IMG/VR virus record: IMGVR_UViG_3300037808_000193
Coordinates: 1-62,920 of that record
DNA length: 62,920 nt
Reading direction: 5' to 3' (one strand)
DNA from: a virus
Lineage: Duplodnaviria > Caudoviricetes
Shown piece after piece: positions 18,586-27,806 of this stretch. How positions within the stretch are numbered: position 1 is the first letter of the stretch; each line of letters begins with the position of its first letter. Position numbers and translations under genes: made by a program. Below the pieces are notes generated by a model. It did not search any database. It had not been told where the DNA came from and saw only the letters and a program-made list of their open reading frames with translations.

Positions 18586-19995
18586 CTACATGTTGGACCA
18601 GTAGTTGGCCTTCCCCAGAGACTCCGGCATGGTGATCATGATCTGACGTTGACGACCCGCCCAGCACATAGCACCAGCCACCACACTGTCAGGTGGGTGA
18701 GCCTTGCCGAACAGAGCGTCGATCGACACGTACTTGTGCTCAGCAAAGGCGAAGTCGATCATGGGTGAGGTCATCTCATCACTCTCGATTGCAGTGATGT
18801 AGTTGCTGAACAGATCAGTTCTACGTCGACCCGTCATGACAATCGGGGTCACCTTCGGCACGTCCAGGTAGTCATGGACCACATTGCCGACACCTGTTGC
18901 ATCGTGAACCAGCGGTGAGTCGAACTTCTGGCACCTACGGTTCACAGCCTCCACCATCATCGGCCATGGTCTACGGCCCATCCTTGACCAGGCAACACGC
19001 TTCCACGGTGTGCAGTCAGTGCGGAACGTATCGATGATGGTCCAGTCCCTCTCCTTGGCCCAGTCCACCCCGGTGACGTAGTAGCCGTGAGGATCAGGCT
19101 TCTCGAAGGTGAACTCCTGGCCTTCCTCGCCATCCACTCGTTTCCTCTTCGGATCACCGAACCCGAACAGGTGGTTCACCGAATCACTGTCGATGGCCCT
19201 TCCCTCGAAGCTTGGCTCCTGAAGGTCGTACTCGGTCTCCCACATGTGGCGGGACACCTCAGACTTCTTCCTCTGCACAGCGTCAATGGGCAGCCACCCG
19301 TGAGGCTCCATCGTCTCCCGATAGCACCATTCGTAGACAGGCCAGCCTTTCTCGTGCGCCCTGTTGAGAATGACGCTCATCGTCTTGTCTGGGTACTGGT
19401 GAGTAGATGACATCACAATCTGTGACGTGAGAGTGCTCGTACTCATCGGCTGGCCCAGAGACGATTCGAGGATGTCGTACTCCATCTCATCAATCTCATC
19501 GAGGCGGAGACGTTGGGGGTGAGGACCACGGACTGACTTCTGGGATGCCATCAGTGCTCGGACGTATCCACCATTGATCAGCTTGGTGTCGAACTTGGTG
19601 GGCTCCTTGGCCAGCATCCCCACTGGAGCTAGCGGTGCATCCCACATCTCACCCATCACCTCGACCACACGGAGGGACTGGAAGGACGATCCACCCAGAA
19701 CAGTCACCCCAGCTCTCAGGAGAGTGCTCTCAGCCATCGCTAGAGCAGCCAGCGTCTGGCTCTTGCCCCCGAACCCACGAGAGGCCTTCCAGACCGTTAC
19801 GGGGTATCTGGCAAAGAATGCATCAGCAAAGGCCTCGAACGGCGCCCTGTGGTTTGGGCACACCCTCTTGCGTGGGATCTCCATCCCGAATAGGGCCTGC
19901 ATGGCAAACCACAGCTCGTCATCAGTCTGTGGAGGACGCCGCATGACCAACGATGGTGTGGTCGGTCCTGTCCCCTGAGTTGCAAGGTCAGTCAT
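18586..19995 (-). CDS. terL: Terminase large subunit
   Basis: SRGFGGKS Walker A, LRLDEIDE Walker B, GVDWAKERD, DATGVG and PPDSVVA nuclease motifs. Confidence 0.93.
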   Translation of the reverse strand: MTDLATQGTGPTTPSLVMRRPPQTDDELWFAMQALFGMEIPRKRVCPNHRAPFEAFADAFFARYPVTVWKASRGFGGKSQTLAALAMAESTLLRAGVTVLGGSSFQSLRVVEVMGEMWDAPLAPVGMLAKEPTKFDTKLINGGYVRALMASQKSVRGPHPQRLRLDEIDEMEYDILESSLGQPMSTSTLTSQIVMSSTHQYPDKTMSVILNRAHEKGWPVYEWCYRETMEPHGWLPIDAVQRKKSEVSRHMWETEYDLQEPSFEGRAIDSDSVNHLFGFGDPKRKRVDGEEGQEFTFEKPDPHGYYVTGVDWAKERDWTIIDTFRTDCTPWKRVAWSRMGRRPWPMMVEAVNRRCQKFDSPLVHDATGVGNVVHDYLDVPKVTPIVMTGRRRTDLFSNYITAIESDEMTSPMIDFAFAEHKYVSIDALFGKAHPPDSVVAGAMCWAGRQRQIMITMPESLGKANYWSNM

Positions 19996-20004
19996 GCCCT
20001 CACC

Positions 20005-20298
20005 CTACAGGAGCAATTTCTTCCTCTTCGCCTGCACCATGATGTCGGCCAGTGCTTCAGCCGTCTTGCCATGGAACTTGGCTTGGTAGTCCCAGTAGTC
20101 GATGACCTTCAGCTCACACAGCATCTCGATGAGGACTTCAAGCCGGATCTGCGGGATCAGTTGCTCCCAACCCGTGGCCCCCATGCTGACCAGCTCTTGC
20201 ATCTTCGAGTGAGTGCTTGACTCCAGCTCCTCAATGCCATCTGGCGCTGGGCCGAACTTCTCGATCATCGGGCTGATGACTTCTTCATCCTGGGTCAT
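20005..20298 (-). CDS. Hypothetical protein, first gene of the late operon (possibly leaderless)
   Basis: TATGAT (-10-like, 20310-20305) lies 6 nt before ATG at 20298, with no SD. Confidence 0.55.
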   Translation of the reverse strand: MTQDEEVISPMIEKFGPAPDGIEELESSTHSKMQELVSMGATGWEQLIPQIRLEVLIEMLCELKVIDYWDYQAKFHGKTAEALADIMVQAKRKKLLL

Positions 20299-20313
20299 CC
20301 CGTGATCATAACG

Positions 20314-20357
20314 CAGAAAGCCCCACCCCTGGTTCTGCAACGGGGGTGAGGCTTCTG
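20314..20357 (-). terminator. Terminator-like hairpin
   Basis: CAGAAGCCTCACCCCC...GGGGTGGGGCTTTCTG. Confidence 0.6.
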
Positions 20358-20388
20358 GCTTGATGTCTGAGTTGCGAAGTTCAGGTGA

Positions 20389-20805
20389 TCAAGACACACG
20401 ATCCATGTCAACGATGTACCCGGCTCCCACACCAGCGTCTGTCAGCTGCCCGTAGGCCGCCTCAGCATCGTCGGTGAAGGTGGTGACACCATTGATTGTT
20501 GACATGAACCGATCTTCTCCGTTCCACAGAACACGAATGGCTTGAGCCATCGAGTACATGTTCTCGTGGGACACGTTCATCTTGAGGTCCCGGCGAAGCA
20601 GACAGGCCACACGGGCCACGACGACCTCTCGGCCTTCAATGAACTGAGTCATGTTCCCCTGGCCACTGTTCAAGTGATCGTGTGGAGACTGGTCGATGTG
20701 CAGCTTCGTAGCTCGGATGTAGCCACGCTCGCACCATCCGTGGAGGGTCGAGGCTGGGATGCCGTACTTGGCATCTAGTTCGTTCAGGGTCATGACAGCA
20801 TTCAT
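20389..20805 (-). CDS. MerR/excisionase-like HTH DNA-binding protein
   Basis: MTLNELDAKYGIPASTLHGWCERGYI. Confidence 0.75.
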   Translation of the reverse strand: MNAVMTLNELDAKYGIPASTLHGWCERGYIRATKLHIDQSPHDHLNSGQGNMTQFIEGREVVVARVACLLRRDLKMNVSHENMYSMAQAIRVLWNGEDRFMSTINGVTTFTDDAEAAYGQLTDAGVGAGYIVDMDRVS

Positions 20806-20811
20806 TCTGTT

Positions 20812-20866
20812 TCACCTCCTCAGGTGATTAGTTCACCATGGTAGCTCAGTGAGTGATTGGTGACAA
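20812..20866 (-). promoter_or_regulatory. Sigma70-type promoter and SD-occluding hairpin of the HTH gene
   Basis: TTGTCA-17nt-TACCAT (20866-20838); TCACCT-GAGG-AGGTGA hairpin covers the SD. Confidence 0.6.
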
Positions 20867-20936
20867 CATCTTTGGGAATTCGACTCTCACCGCACCAGAC
20901 GCAGATAGCTCAGCCTTGAGTTTCGGAGGCAACGTC

Positions 20937-21881
20937 TCACGCCTCGTCTTCTGTTGGTCTGTCGCTGGTTCCTGCTGCATGGTCACGTCTTGTACCCCTT
21001 GGATCTGGGATGGTTACTTTACCCCGTCTCCCCTCTCGGGTAGGAGTTTCAGATGCCTCCAACATGGAGAGGTAGATGGGCTCGTGAATCTGCACCCACT
21101 TCTGCGGTGGATCATCGGGATCGTGGTTGATGTCGGCAGTGCTGTCCCACCCCAAGGTGACATCTACCTCCCAACCAGCTGCATAGTCACCGTCTGGCTC
21201 AGCGGTCACACCAGCAGGCAGATCGAGATCCACCTCGATCATCAGCTTCCCGTCCACCACCTCTAGACGAGTGGTGTTCAGGGGTCTGGACATCTGTGGC
21301 TCATCTTTGCGGATGGTGATGGGGGGTTGACTGTTGAAGTTGTCGTTGGTGCTATCGGAGGTAACGATCTGGGACCACTGTGGCATCGACATGCCCTGGG
21401 CATTGACGTTCTCGTCGAAAGTAACCGGAGGAGGTGCAGACTGGCTCAGGCTCGCTTGTTTCTCGTAGTGCTGCCTGGCCTTCTCCAACTCTCGGGCCGG
21501 TGCCCCTATAGCTTGGGCATCAGCAGCCCGTCTCTCTTGCCGAGCACCTACAGTCACAGTACTAGCGGTAGTGATGACATCAGCTCTGCTGACCATGCCA
21601 TTGGCAACCCCGGCCATCCACGTTTGCTCAGGGGTTCTGCCCGTTGGCCCGTACTGATCGTTCAGGATTTCCAAAGCAAGGTGGAATCTGTCCTGCCTGT
21701 TCCGTTCGGCAGCATCGTTGTGACTGAACGAGCGGTGCATGGTGAGAATGTCATCGTCTGTGATGACACCATTGGCCACCTTCCGTACTACCTCTGGATC
21801 GTGATACCCACTCTCAGGTCCGAATGCTTGGTAGAGGAACTTCTTGGCCTCCAGGATTCGCCGTAGCCTAATTGCGTCCAT
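20937..21881 (-). CDS. Hypothetical protein
   Basis: Long ORF; start refined to MDAIRL. Confidence 0.65.
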   Translation of the reverse strand: MDAIRLRRILEAKKFLYQAFGPESGYHDPEVVRKVANGVITDDDILTMHRSFSHNDAAERNRQDRFHLALEILNDQYGPTGRTPEQTWMAGVANGMVSRADVITTASTVTVGARQERRAADAQAIGAPARELEKARQHYEKQASLSQSAPPPVTFDENVNAQGMSMPQWSQIVTSDSTNDNFNSQPPITIRKDEPQMSRPLNTTRLEVVDGKLMIEVDLDLPAGVTAEPDGDYAAGWEVDVTLGWDSTADINHDPDDPPQKWVQIHEPIYLSMLEASETPTREGRRGKVTIPDPRGTRRDHAAGTSDRPTEDEA

Positions 21882-22020
21882 TGAGTGCTCTTTCGATTCG
21901 GGCAGCACCTTCCCGTTCCCGGCTTGCCACCAGCTCTTGGGCCATGTTCTCGTCCATCCCACTGTTGATCAAGCGAGATAGCAGCTCGTCATCAGCTAGG
22001 TCATCCCAGTCATGCAGCAT
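21868..22020 (-). CDS. Small hypothetical protein (50 aa, not in ORF track)
   Basis: MLHDWDDLADDELLSRLINSGMDENMAQELV... preceded by an AGGTG SD. Confidence 0.55.
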   Translation of the reverse strand: MLHDWDDLADDELLSRLINSGMDENMAQELVASREREGAARIERALNGRN

Positions 22021-22054
22021 CTTCGTTCACCTTTCGTTACTAGTGACTGTATCA

Positions 22055-22309
22055 CTAGATGTCAGGGCTGAATACCTCGTCGTAGTAACCACGGTCCAGC
22101 TCGTACTCCAACAGCGACGAGCCTCGATGCTCAATCACCAGTCCGTGCCCCATCAGTCTCTTCAACACCAACCTCTGGCTGGCTTTCGGAATGTTCGTCA
22201 TTGCCGCCACCTGGGTGTTCGTCAGTCTCTTCCCTTGTGATCTTGACAAGAACGCCTTTGTCGTCGTTATGTCTGCCTTCGTCATCTTGCTCAGTACTGA
22301 TGCTATCAC
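22055..22309 (-). CDS. Winged-helix DNA-binding protein overlapping the terS 3' end
   Basis: LTNTQVAAMTNIPKASQRLVLKRLMGHGLV...LLEYEL wHTH pattern; GAGGTGAG SD upstream. Confidence 0.65.
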   Translation of the reverse strand: MIASVLSKMTKADITTTKAFLSRSQGKRLTNTQVAAMTNIPKASQRLVLKRLMGHGLVIEHRGSSLLEYELDRGYYDEVFSPDI

Positions 22310-22979
22310 TCTCGCTCACCTCTTCACTCTCGATGCGTTGTTCAGCTCTTTGTACCATCTCTCGGTCCACAACGGTAGGGACGGGGAGATTGCTGATCGA
22401 CTCCTCACTTATTACTTCGGCATCTACGATCCCCATATCAAGGCCTTCTGCCTCAGCAGCTTTGACTACTTCAGCACGAGCATCCCGCAACGCTTGGATG
22501 TACTCGACACTGTTGCCCTCGATCACCACGGTGTGTCGGGACTCCATCGTCCCCGAAACGTTCATGTCGATCTTCTCTGCGGCATCGGTACCGAGGAACT
22601 TGGCTCGTCGGTCCATGACCAACAGCATCCGGTCCATAGCTCTGAGCTTCTGATCGTAGGAAGCATCCTCATCACGGAAGATGGCGAAACACTGAACCGT
22701 CATCTCGTCGAGACGTGCCAGCTCCAGGTTCACTACGTCTTCAGCCCCGACATCAAGCAGGATCTCCTTCAGACCTCGCTGGACGGCTTGGTGGGCCGAG
22801 GATGGGTCGTTGTAGCCCAGCTCGTCTGCAATCTGCCTGAACGTCAATCCAGCCTTGCGTAGTTCGATGGCATTGGTGGTCCGTTCAGTGACGGCCTCCA
22901 GATGCTTCATCTCATCGTTCTTGCGTTGAGCAGGGGAACGGCGGCTCTTCACAGGCTTCTCTGGTCGATCTGCCACCAT
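22131..22979 (-). CDS. Putative terminase small subunit (HTH)
   Basis: AIELRKAGLTFRQIADELGY...LELARLDEM...AMDRML.VMDRRAKFLGTD, typical of actinophage terS-like proteins. Confidence 0.75.
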   Translation of the reverse strand: MVADRPEKPVKSRRSPAQRKNDEMKHLEAVTERTTNAIELRKAGLTFRQIADELGYNDPSSAHQAVQRGLKEILLDVGAEDVVNLELARLDEMTVQCFAIFRDEDASYDQKLRAMDRMLLVMDRRAKFLGTDAAEKIDMNVSGTMESRHTVVIEGNSVEYIQALRDARAEVVKAAEAEGLDMGIVDAEVISEESISNLPVPTVVDREMVQRAEQRIESEEVSESDSISTEQDDEGRHNDDKGVLVKITREETDEHPGGGNDEHSESQPEVGVEETDGARTGD

Positions 22980-23530
22980 CAGATCCCCTCAATAGTGGTA
23001 CGTCGAGGAATGTCTACAGTCACCCGACTCCGCCCAGTTGGTTGCACTTGATCCTCTTCGTTCATCTTCTGAACCTTCTTCTCCCAATCACTACTGGTGT
23101 GGGGATCACTAGCGAAGATCACCTTCGACTGGTCCTTCGTGAGAATCACCCACTTGGCACCATGAACAGTCCCTTGAGAGGCATCCTTGAATTTCGGGGT
23201 GACATACACATGGGGGTTACGGAAATGAGCTATGTCCCGAGCTTGCCCCGACAAAGGGCCGCCTTCGATGATCAGGACACACGTGCTGAGATACTCATCC
23301 CACTCTTCCCATGTCTTGCCCCTGTAACCATCGGGGAGACGACAGACAACGGCATCCCAATTGCCACTGTCGAGCAGATCCCCGAACTTGTCAAAGCTCA
23401 TCGTCTCGCCTCTTCCCTGAGGCCCACTCGTTATGCCCCACGAAGCACCAAGGGCTACTGTCACGGCTACAGCGGTAGAACTGAGCTTTGGGGCACGCTT
23501 CACACCCTTCGTACACAGGGATGGCGTCAT
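22979..23530 (-). CDS. Hypothetical protein
   Basis: ORF; true start possibly MSFDKF. Confidence 0.55.
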   Translation of the reverse strand: MTPSLCTKGVKRAPKLSSTAVAVTVALGASWGITSGPQGRGETMSFDKFGDLLDSGNWDAVVCRLPDGYRGKTWEEWDEYLSTCVLIIEGGPLSGQARDIAHFRNPHVYVTPKFKDASQGTVHGAKWVILTKDQSKVIFASDPHTSSDWEKKVQKMNEEDQVQPTGRSRVTVDIPRRTTIEGI

Positions 23531-23589
23531 ACCTCTCCCCCTGTTCTCCCTTCCGTCGCTGTCTCAGCTCTGGAATCATGGTGACTCCC

Positions 23590-23838
23590 TCACATGTAGA
23601 TATGAATGACTATACCGTGAGAAAGTGACACGGTTTGGAAGAAGTCCATATGTTCGGGAACATCAGCGGCGTTACCAGTGAAGAGCACGAAGAACTTGGT
23701 GATGGTGTCACCTGGCTCGAACCAAACAACAGGGATACCCGTCTTGCCCTCTTCCCCGAATGACAAGATCCGCTCACACCGGATGGATAACTCCCCCAGT
23801 CCCTCGAACTTCTCCTTGTACACAAGTCGTTCTGTCAT
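23590..23838 (-). CDS. Conserved small phage protein
   Basis: VYK...ILS.G...PVVW...F.V.FTG...P...FFQTV...G.V.HIY pattern. Confidence 0.6.
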   Translation of the reverse strand: MTERLVYKEKFEGLGELSIRCERILSFGEEGKTGIPVVWFEPGDTITKFFVLFTGNAADVPEHMDFFQTVSLSHGIVIHIYM

Positions 23839-24107
23839 GGTGACTTCCTCACTATTGGTACTCCCGCTATTACGAGAGCGTCGTACTCTGCTTCATTGAT
23901 GTTGATTCGGTCAACACCGTCTTCGTCCTCGAAGTTCACTACGTGGCGGCAACCATGCGTCTCTTCCTCGTACTCAAACACCGTCCACTCGAAGTCCACT
24001 CTGAGCAAACGACCGATGGTGAGCAGTCGTAGGTTGGCCAAAGTCGCTGTTTCCAGTGCCAGACGTGCTGTTCGTGCTTCGTCGGGAAACGATTCACCTC
24101 TAGCCAT
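23835..24107 (-). CDS. Hypothetical protein
   Basis: ORF with GAGGTGAG SD, coupled to the next gene. Confidence 0.55.
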   Translation of the reverse strand: MARGESFPDEARTARLALETATLANLRLLTIGRLLRVDFEWTVFEYEEETHGCRHVVNFEDEDGVDRININEAEYDALVIAGVPIVRKSP

Positions 24108-24219
24108 CGGTCATCTCATTCACAACTCACCTCTCATGTCGTTGTGACCGTGAATTTACTACGTGTTCGAGCATGTGTCACAGATACGTAACAAATAGTT
24201 TGGGTGATGTAGTAACCTA

Positions 24220-24462
24220 GTGATCATGTCACCACCAGAAGAACCTGTACCCAATGACCTTTCGTCCCTACCTGATGCGGGACTACCTGGGGATATTCGG
24301 GAGTCAGTAGATGTCCTTGCCCGAAACTACTCACAAGCCATCACAGCCATGATGGAAGCAGGACTCAGCGAAGGTGCTGCCTGCTACATGGTTGCTGTCA
24401 CCTTTGGGAAGATTGGGGTGATCTTGCTGCCACCATCAGCCATTACGGAGAGGGAAGAGTGA
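24220..24462 (+). CDS. Hypothetical protein (small plus-strand island)
   Basis: ORF divergent from 24107 across an AT-rich gap. Confidence 0.55.
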   Translation: MIMSPPEEPVPNDLSSLPDAGLPGDIRESVDVLARNYSQAITAMMEAGLSEGAACYMVAVTFGKIGVILLPPSAITEREE

Positions 24463-24635
24463 TCCCGACCCCGAAACCCGTACCACCCAAGAAGCCATGG
24501 CTCTGTCGTCTCGGCCTTCACAAGATGAGATACACGAGAGACATGGAAGAAGGGAAGCTTCAGCTGTTCTCATGCGAGAGAGCTGGCTGCTTCGTTGGTG
24601 ACATTCACATCAACCGAGAATGGGAGAGACCATGA
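24459..24635 (+). CDS. Small Cys/His protein (58 aa, not in ORF track)
   Basis: GTGA-coupled; WLCRLGLHK...SCERAGC. Confidence 0.5.
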   Translation: MIPTPKPVPPKKPWLCRLGLHKMRYTRDMEEGKLQLFSCERAGCFVGDIHINREWERP

Positions 24636-24849
24636 GCCAAGAACGAAGGGATCTTCTCGTTCAACGAAAGCACGAACTCACCAGTGAGCTTGGTGAGCTA
24701 AACATGAAGTTCCCAGTACCGGCGTAGGCCCGATGGCTCACCCGAAAGTGAGTACATCGAATGATCAAACCCGACCATCAAGGCGAGCCATCCTCCACCG
24801 ACACTTGATGCACTTGTGGTCATGAGTACATTCATGGTCAGAACGTAAC

Positions 24850-24875
24850 AAGGACGGTCCCGAAGGACCGCCCCT
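24850..24875 (-). terminator. Terminator hairpin between convergent units
   Basis: AGGGGCGGTCC-TTCG-GGACCGTCCTT. Confidence 0.7.
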
Positions 24876-24947
24876 GCCAGTATTGCTTGGTTCTCTCATC
24901 TGCTCCGTCTCATCTGAGGAGTGATGAGGGTCCACCAGATGAGAGAA

Positions 24948-25166
24948 TTACCGTCGGCCAATGGTGCTGTTGAAGGTGATGGTGCCGTTGCGGATGGTGC
25001 CGACGCTGTTGCCTCGACCACGACCTGCCAGGCTCACTCGGTTGCCCGAGATGCTGACCTGATGAAGCGTTCCGCCTCCACGGACGAAAGTCTTGCCACC
25101 ACGACTAACAGGTTGACGTGACTGACCTGCCAGACCGGAAATGGCTCCACGAGTTACGTTGCCCAT
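24948..25166 (-). CDS. Small Gly/Arg-rich basic protein
   Basis: 72 aa with no acidic residues; AAGGAG SD. Confidence 0.7.
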   Translation of the reverse strand: MGNVTRGAISGLAGQSRQPVSRGGKTFVRGGGTLHQVSISGNRVSLAGRGRGNSVGTIRNGTITFNSTIGRR

Positions 25167-25228
25167 TTGTCTCTCCTTGAGTAGGAACCCCAGGATAGGT
25201 GACGCACCCGCTCATTCCCGATACTTCT

Positions 25229-25417
25229 CTATGAGGTTTGCCCCGTGGTTGCTGGGCTAACCCCACTTTTCATCCAGTGCAACTCTTGGCCCTCTGGTGT
25301 CTTACGAAGGTGCATGATCTTCCAGCCGTTGATAGCTCTGCCCTGCACACCAGGCGGTATCACACGACTCAGTGGGTAGTGGGTCACATGGAGGTGAGTG
25401 ACTTCATCACTTTCCAT
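25229..25417 (-). CDS. Hypothetical protein
   Basis: ORF in operon. Confidence 0.45.
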   Translation of the reverse strand: MESDEVTHLHVTHYPLSRVIPPGVQGRAINGWKIMHLRKTPEGQELHWMKSGVSPATTGQTS

Positions 25418-25568
25418 AGCCTGCCTTCCTCAGTTCGTTTCGGATGTCGAGCAGACGATCCTGAACCTCGTTCAGCGGAAGAGTGGACACACCACTGGCC
25501 TTCCTCTCGACCAACTCCGACAGGTAGTAGTCGACCTCAACGATGAAAACCTTCTTCTTCTCAGTCAT
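25407..25568 (-). CDS. Small hypothetical protein (53 aa, not in ORF track)
   Basis: MTEKKKVFIVEVDYYL..., overlap-coupled on both sides. Confidence 0.5.
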   Translation of the reverse strand: MTEKKKVFIVEVDYYLSELVERKASGVSTLPLNEVQDRLLDIRNELRKAGYGK

Positions 25569-27087
25569 GGTCACCACTCATCTTGTCGAAGTCATCGACC
25601 CCGGCTTCCTCCTGCTTGTGACGATCGAACACAGCACCTCGCCTGATCTCAGCTCGGTTGGCCAGGAAGTGAATCCTCTCCACCCCGAGGCTGGTGTGAT
25701 CGAGTAGCTCCACGATCCGCCTTGCCGGGTTGCCTCCATAGACCAGCAGGTTCTTCGGCTTGAGCTTGCCGATGATCAGCTTCATGGCCTCTGCGTAGTC
25801 AGTCTCCTCACCGATGCCACTGATCGACTGACCTTGGAAGCTCAGCCATGGCAGACCCACTGGGATACCCGCACAGCTCAGGTCGATAGCCCATTCATCG
25901 AGACGGAAGGGCTGAACGTCGGGGATGATCTTGATCCCCACCTCCTGCATGTACCGACCAACCCACTTGGCCCGGTAGGCATTGAAGACGTTGAGAGCAT
26001 CAGGCCCGTTGGTGAACAGCGAGAAGTTGGGTGTGAGTGCTCCCAGCATCCCGACACGCATCATCCGGCTGACGTAGTAGCTCGGGTACTCCCAGAACGG
26101 CTCGAAGTGGCGGTCATGGGTGTAGAAGCCCATGTAGGCACGATCGAACGGAAGACCTGAAGCTGAGTCCACCCCGGTGTTGTAGAGGTAGTGGCTCACA
26201 CCATCATCTGGTGTTGCATCACGTCCCGCCCATGTCGTCAGGTCTTCAGGCAGATCATCGAGGACCATCCCGATGCTCAGCTCTGGGATGTCGAAGATGG
26301 CATTCCCTGGTGGGAAGTTCACATCATCCCGAAGCATGATCATCGACTCTTCGTCACCCTCAACATCATCGAGGCTGGAGATCTTCTTGGTGCCGACAAG
26401 CTTGGGCTCCCGCTCATCCACCACATCAGCTGCCTCGACCTCGTTGTCGAAGTCTTCGTCGTCAAGATCCGTGTCGTCCTTGACTCCGACAGCATCATGC
26501 ACAGAGTCGGGGTCCTTGCTGACAGGGATGTTCGGCATCGAGATCTTGGGTCCCGCACCAGTGTTCCCAATCTCTGGGCCACGAAGAAGGCTGGGGTCGA
26601 TGGGCTTGTTCTCCTTGGCTGCGTCCATGACCCTCTGAGCAGCCGCCTGAGAGAAGCCAGTGCCCTTCAGGTTGGGTACACGGCTCAGCACCTTTGCAAG
26701 GATGTCCTGACGGTACGTGCCTGCATCAGCCAAGGCATTGTCGGCCAACACCATGTTCTCGGCCTGCTCGGGAGTAGCCCTCACCCAGCAGGTGGCTACG
26801 AACTCTCGCTCCCCCGGCTCAATGTGGATGTTCAGGTCGTCATCGTGGAACCCGTTCTCGTTCAGATACACCATGCCCTTGTGGGTGTGGTTGCCAGCAA
26901 GGATCACGTCATCGACCCGGTTGGCCAGGATCGGACGGAATTGACCGTTGACAGCTAGGGACTCTGCGATCCCCTCGACATCTCCGACCCGAGGGTTGTC
27001 CTCGTAGTACTTCAGGTCATCGACGTGGACCATGGTGATTTCATGATCGACCACGATCCCCTCGACGTGCTCTACCTCAGCCATCAC
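25561..27087 (-). CDS. ParB/Srx-like N-terminal domain fused to a DUF4417-like domain
   Basis: NPRVGDV..IAESL...GQFRPI...ILAGNHT, LADN (ParB-N); FYTHDRHFE.FW..P...LTPNFSLF...FNAYRAKWVGRYMQEVGIKIIPDV (DUF4417). Confidence 0.8.
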   Translation of the reverse strand: MMAEVEHVEGIVVDHEITMVHVDDLKYYEDNPRVGDVEGIAESLAVNGQFRPILANRVDDVILAGNHTHKGMVYLNENGFHDDDLNIHIEPGEREFVATCWVRATPEQAENMVLADNALADAGTYRQDILAKVLSRVPNLKGTGFSQAAAQRVMDAAKENKPIDPSLLRGPEIGNTGAGPKISMPNIPVSKDPDSVHDAVGVKDDTDLDDEDFDNEVEAADVVDEREPKLVGTKKISSLDDVEGDEESMIMLRDDVNFPPGNAIFDIPELSIGMVLDDLPEDLTTWAGRDATPDDGVSHYLYNTGVDSASGLPFDRAYMGFYTHDRHFEPFWEYPSYYVSRMMRVGMLGALTPNFSLFTNGPDALNVFNAYRAKWVGRYMQEVGIKIIPDVQPFRLDEWAIDLSCAGIPVGLPWLSFQGQSISGIGEETDYAEAMKLIIGKLKPKNLLVYGGNPARRIVELLDHTSLGVERIHFLANRAEIRRGAVFDRHKQEEAGVDDFDKMSGDHD

Positions 27088-27376
27088 TTCTCCTCTTACG
27101 GATGATTCGTTTGCGATCTGATTCTGTCAGCCCGCCACAGAACCCGAAAGGCTCAGATGAGGTGACATCTTCATATTCTATGATCCACTCACGGCAGTCT
27201 GCGAGCACTGGACAACCATTGCAGATGTCCCTGGCTGTTCTGATCCTCGACCACTTGCCGTTCTCACCACGGGAGTCCTCGAAGTTGTTGCGTGGGAAGA
27301 AGAGATGGGTCAGCCCCTTACAGGCGGCTCGTGTAAGCCACTCTCGCTCCGTGGAAGTAGACACAGGCAGCATCAA
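27077..27376 (-). CDS. whiB: WhiB-family Fe-S transcription factor
   Basis: W..RAAC...LFFP...IC.GCPV..DC...G..GGLTE.DR. Confidence 0.92.
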   Translation of the reverse strand: MMLPVSTSTEREWLTRAACKGLTHLFFPRNNFEDSRGENGKWSRIRTARDICNGCPVLADCREWIIEYEDVTSSEPFGFCGGLTESDRKRIIRKRRSDG

Positions 27377-27806
27377 TCAGATCTTGGTCCTCGTGGATGC
27401 CACCGAAGCCCTCAGTGTGGGCGATGAACCAGTCCGTGACCTTCTCTTTCGATGCATTCCCATTCCCCACTACCGATTTCTTCCACTCAGTATTGGGGAC
27501 CAAGGTTACTTCTGCACCGCTGATATGGAGTGATGCTTGTGTTGACCCACTCACAAACGCCAACGGGAGTACTGAACGAGTGTTCTTCGGATGGATGAAG
27601 GGAGCCTCGATGTAGGCGAGGTGGAGCTGGTCCTGGCAGTACTCGTTGGTGAACTTCCGAGCTGACCTGAATGCCTGAGCTGCCCTCACACCATGGTCGT
27701 CTGACTTCCACTCGTAGGAGATCCAACGGATGGTGTCGTCAGTGTCGGAGTGCCAGACGATGGCTGTCTTGCGGGAGCTGAGGTCCCAACCCGACACGAC
27801 AGTCAT
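27318..27806 (-). CDS. ruvC: RuvC-like Holliday junction resolvase
   Basis: GWDLSS, YIEAPF, WKKSVVGNGNASKE, DLIDA. Confidence 0.88.
   Translation of the reverse strand: MTVVSGWDLSSRKTAIVWHSDTDDTIRWISYEWKSDDHGVRAAQAFRSARKFTNEYCQDQLHLAYIEAPFIHPKNTRSVLPLAFVSGSTQASLHISGAEVTLVPNTEWKKSVVGNGNASKEKVTDWFIAHTEGFGGIHEDQDLIDAACVYFHGARVAYTSRL

Noticed and set aside
25561-27087. ParABS plasmid-prophage partition system
   Set aside because: Only the ParB N-terminal domain is present, with no HTH and no ParA; no integrase or clear repressor was found, so a temperate lifestyle is unsupported
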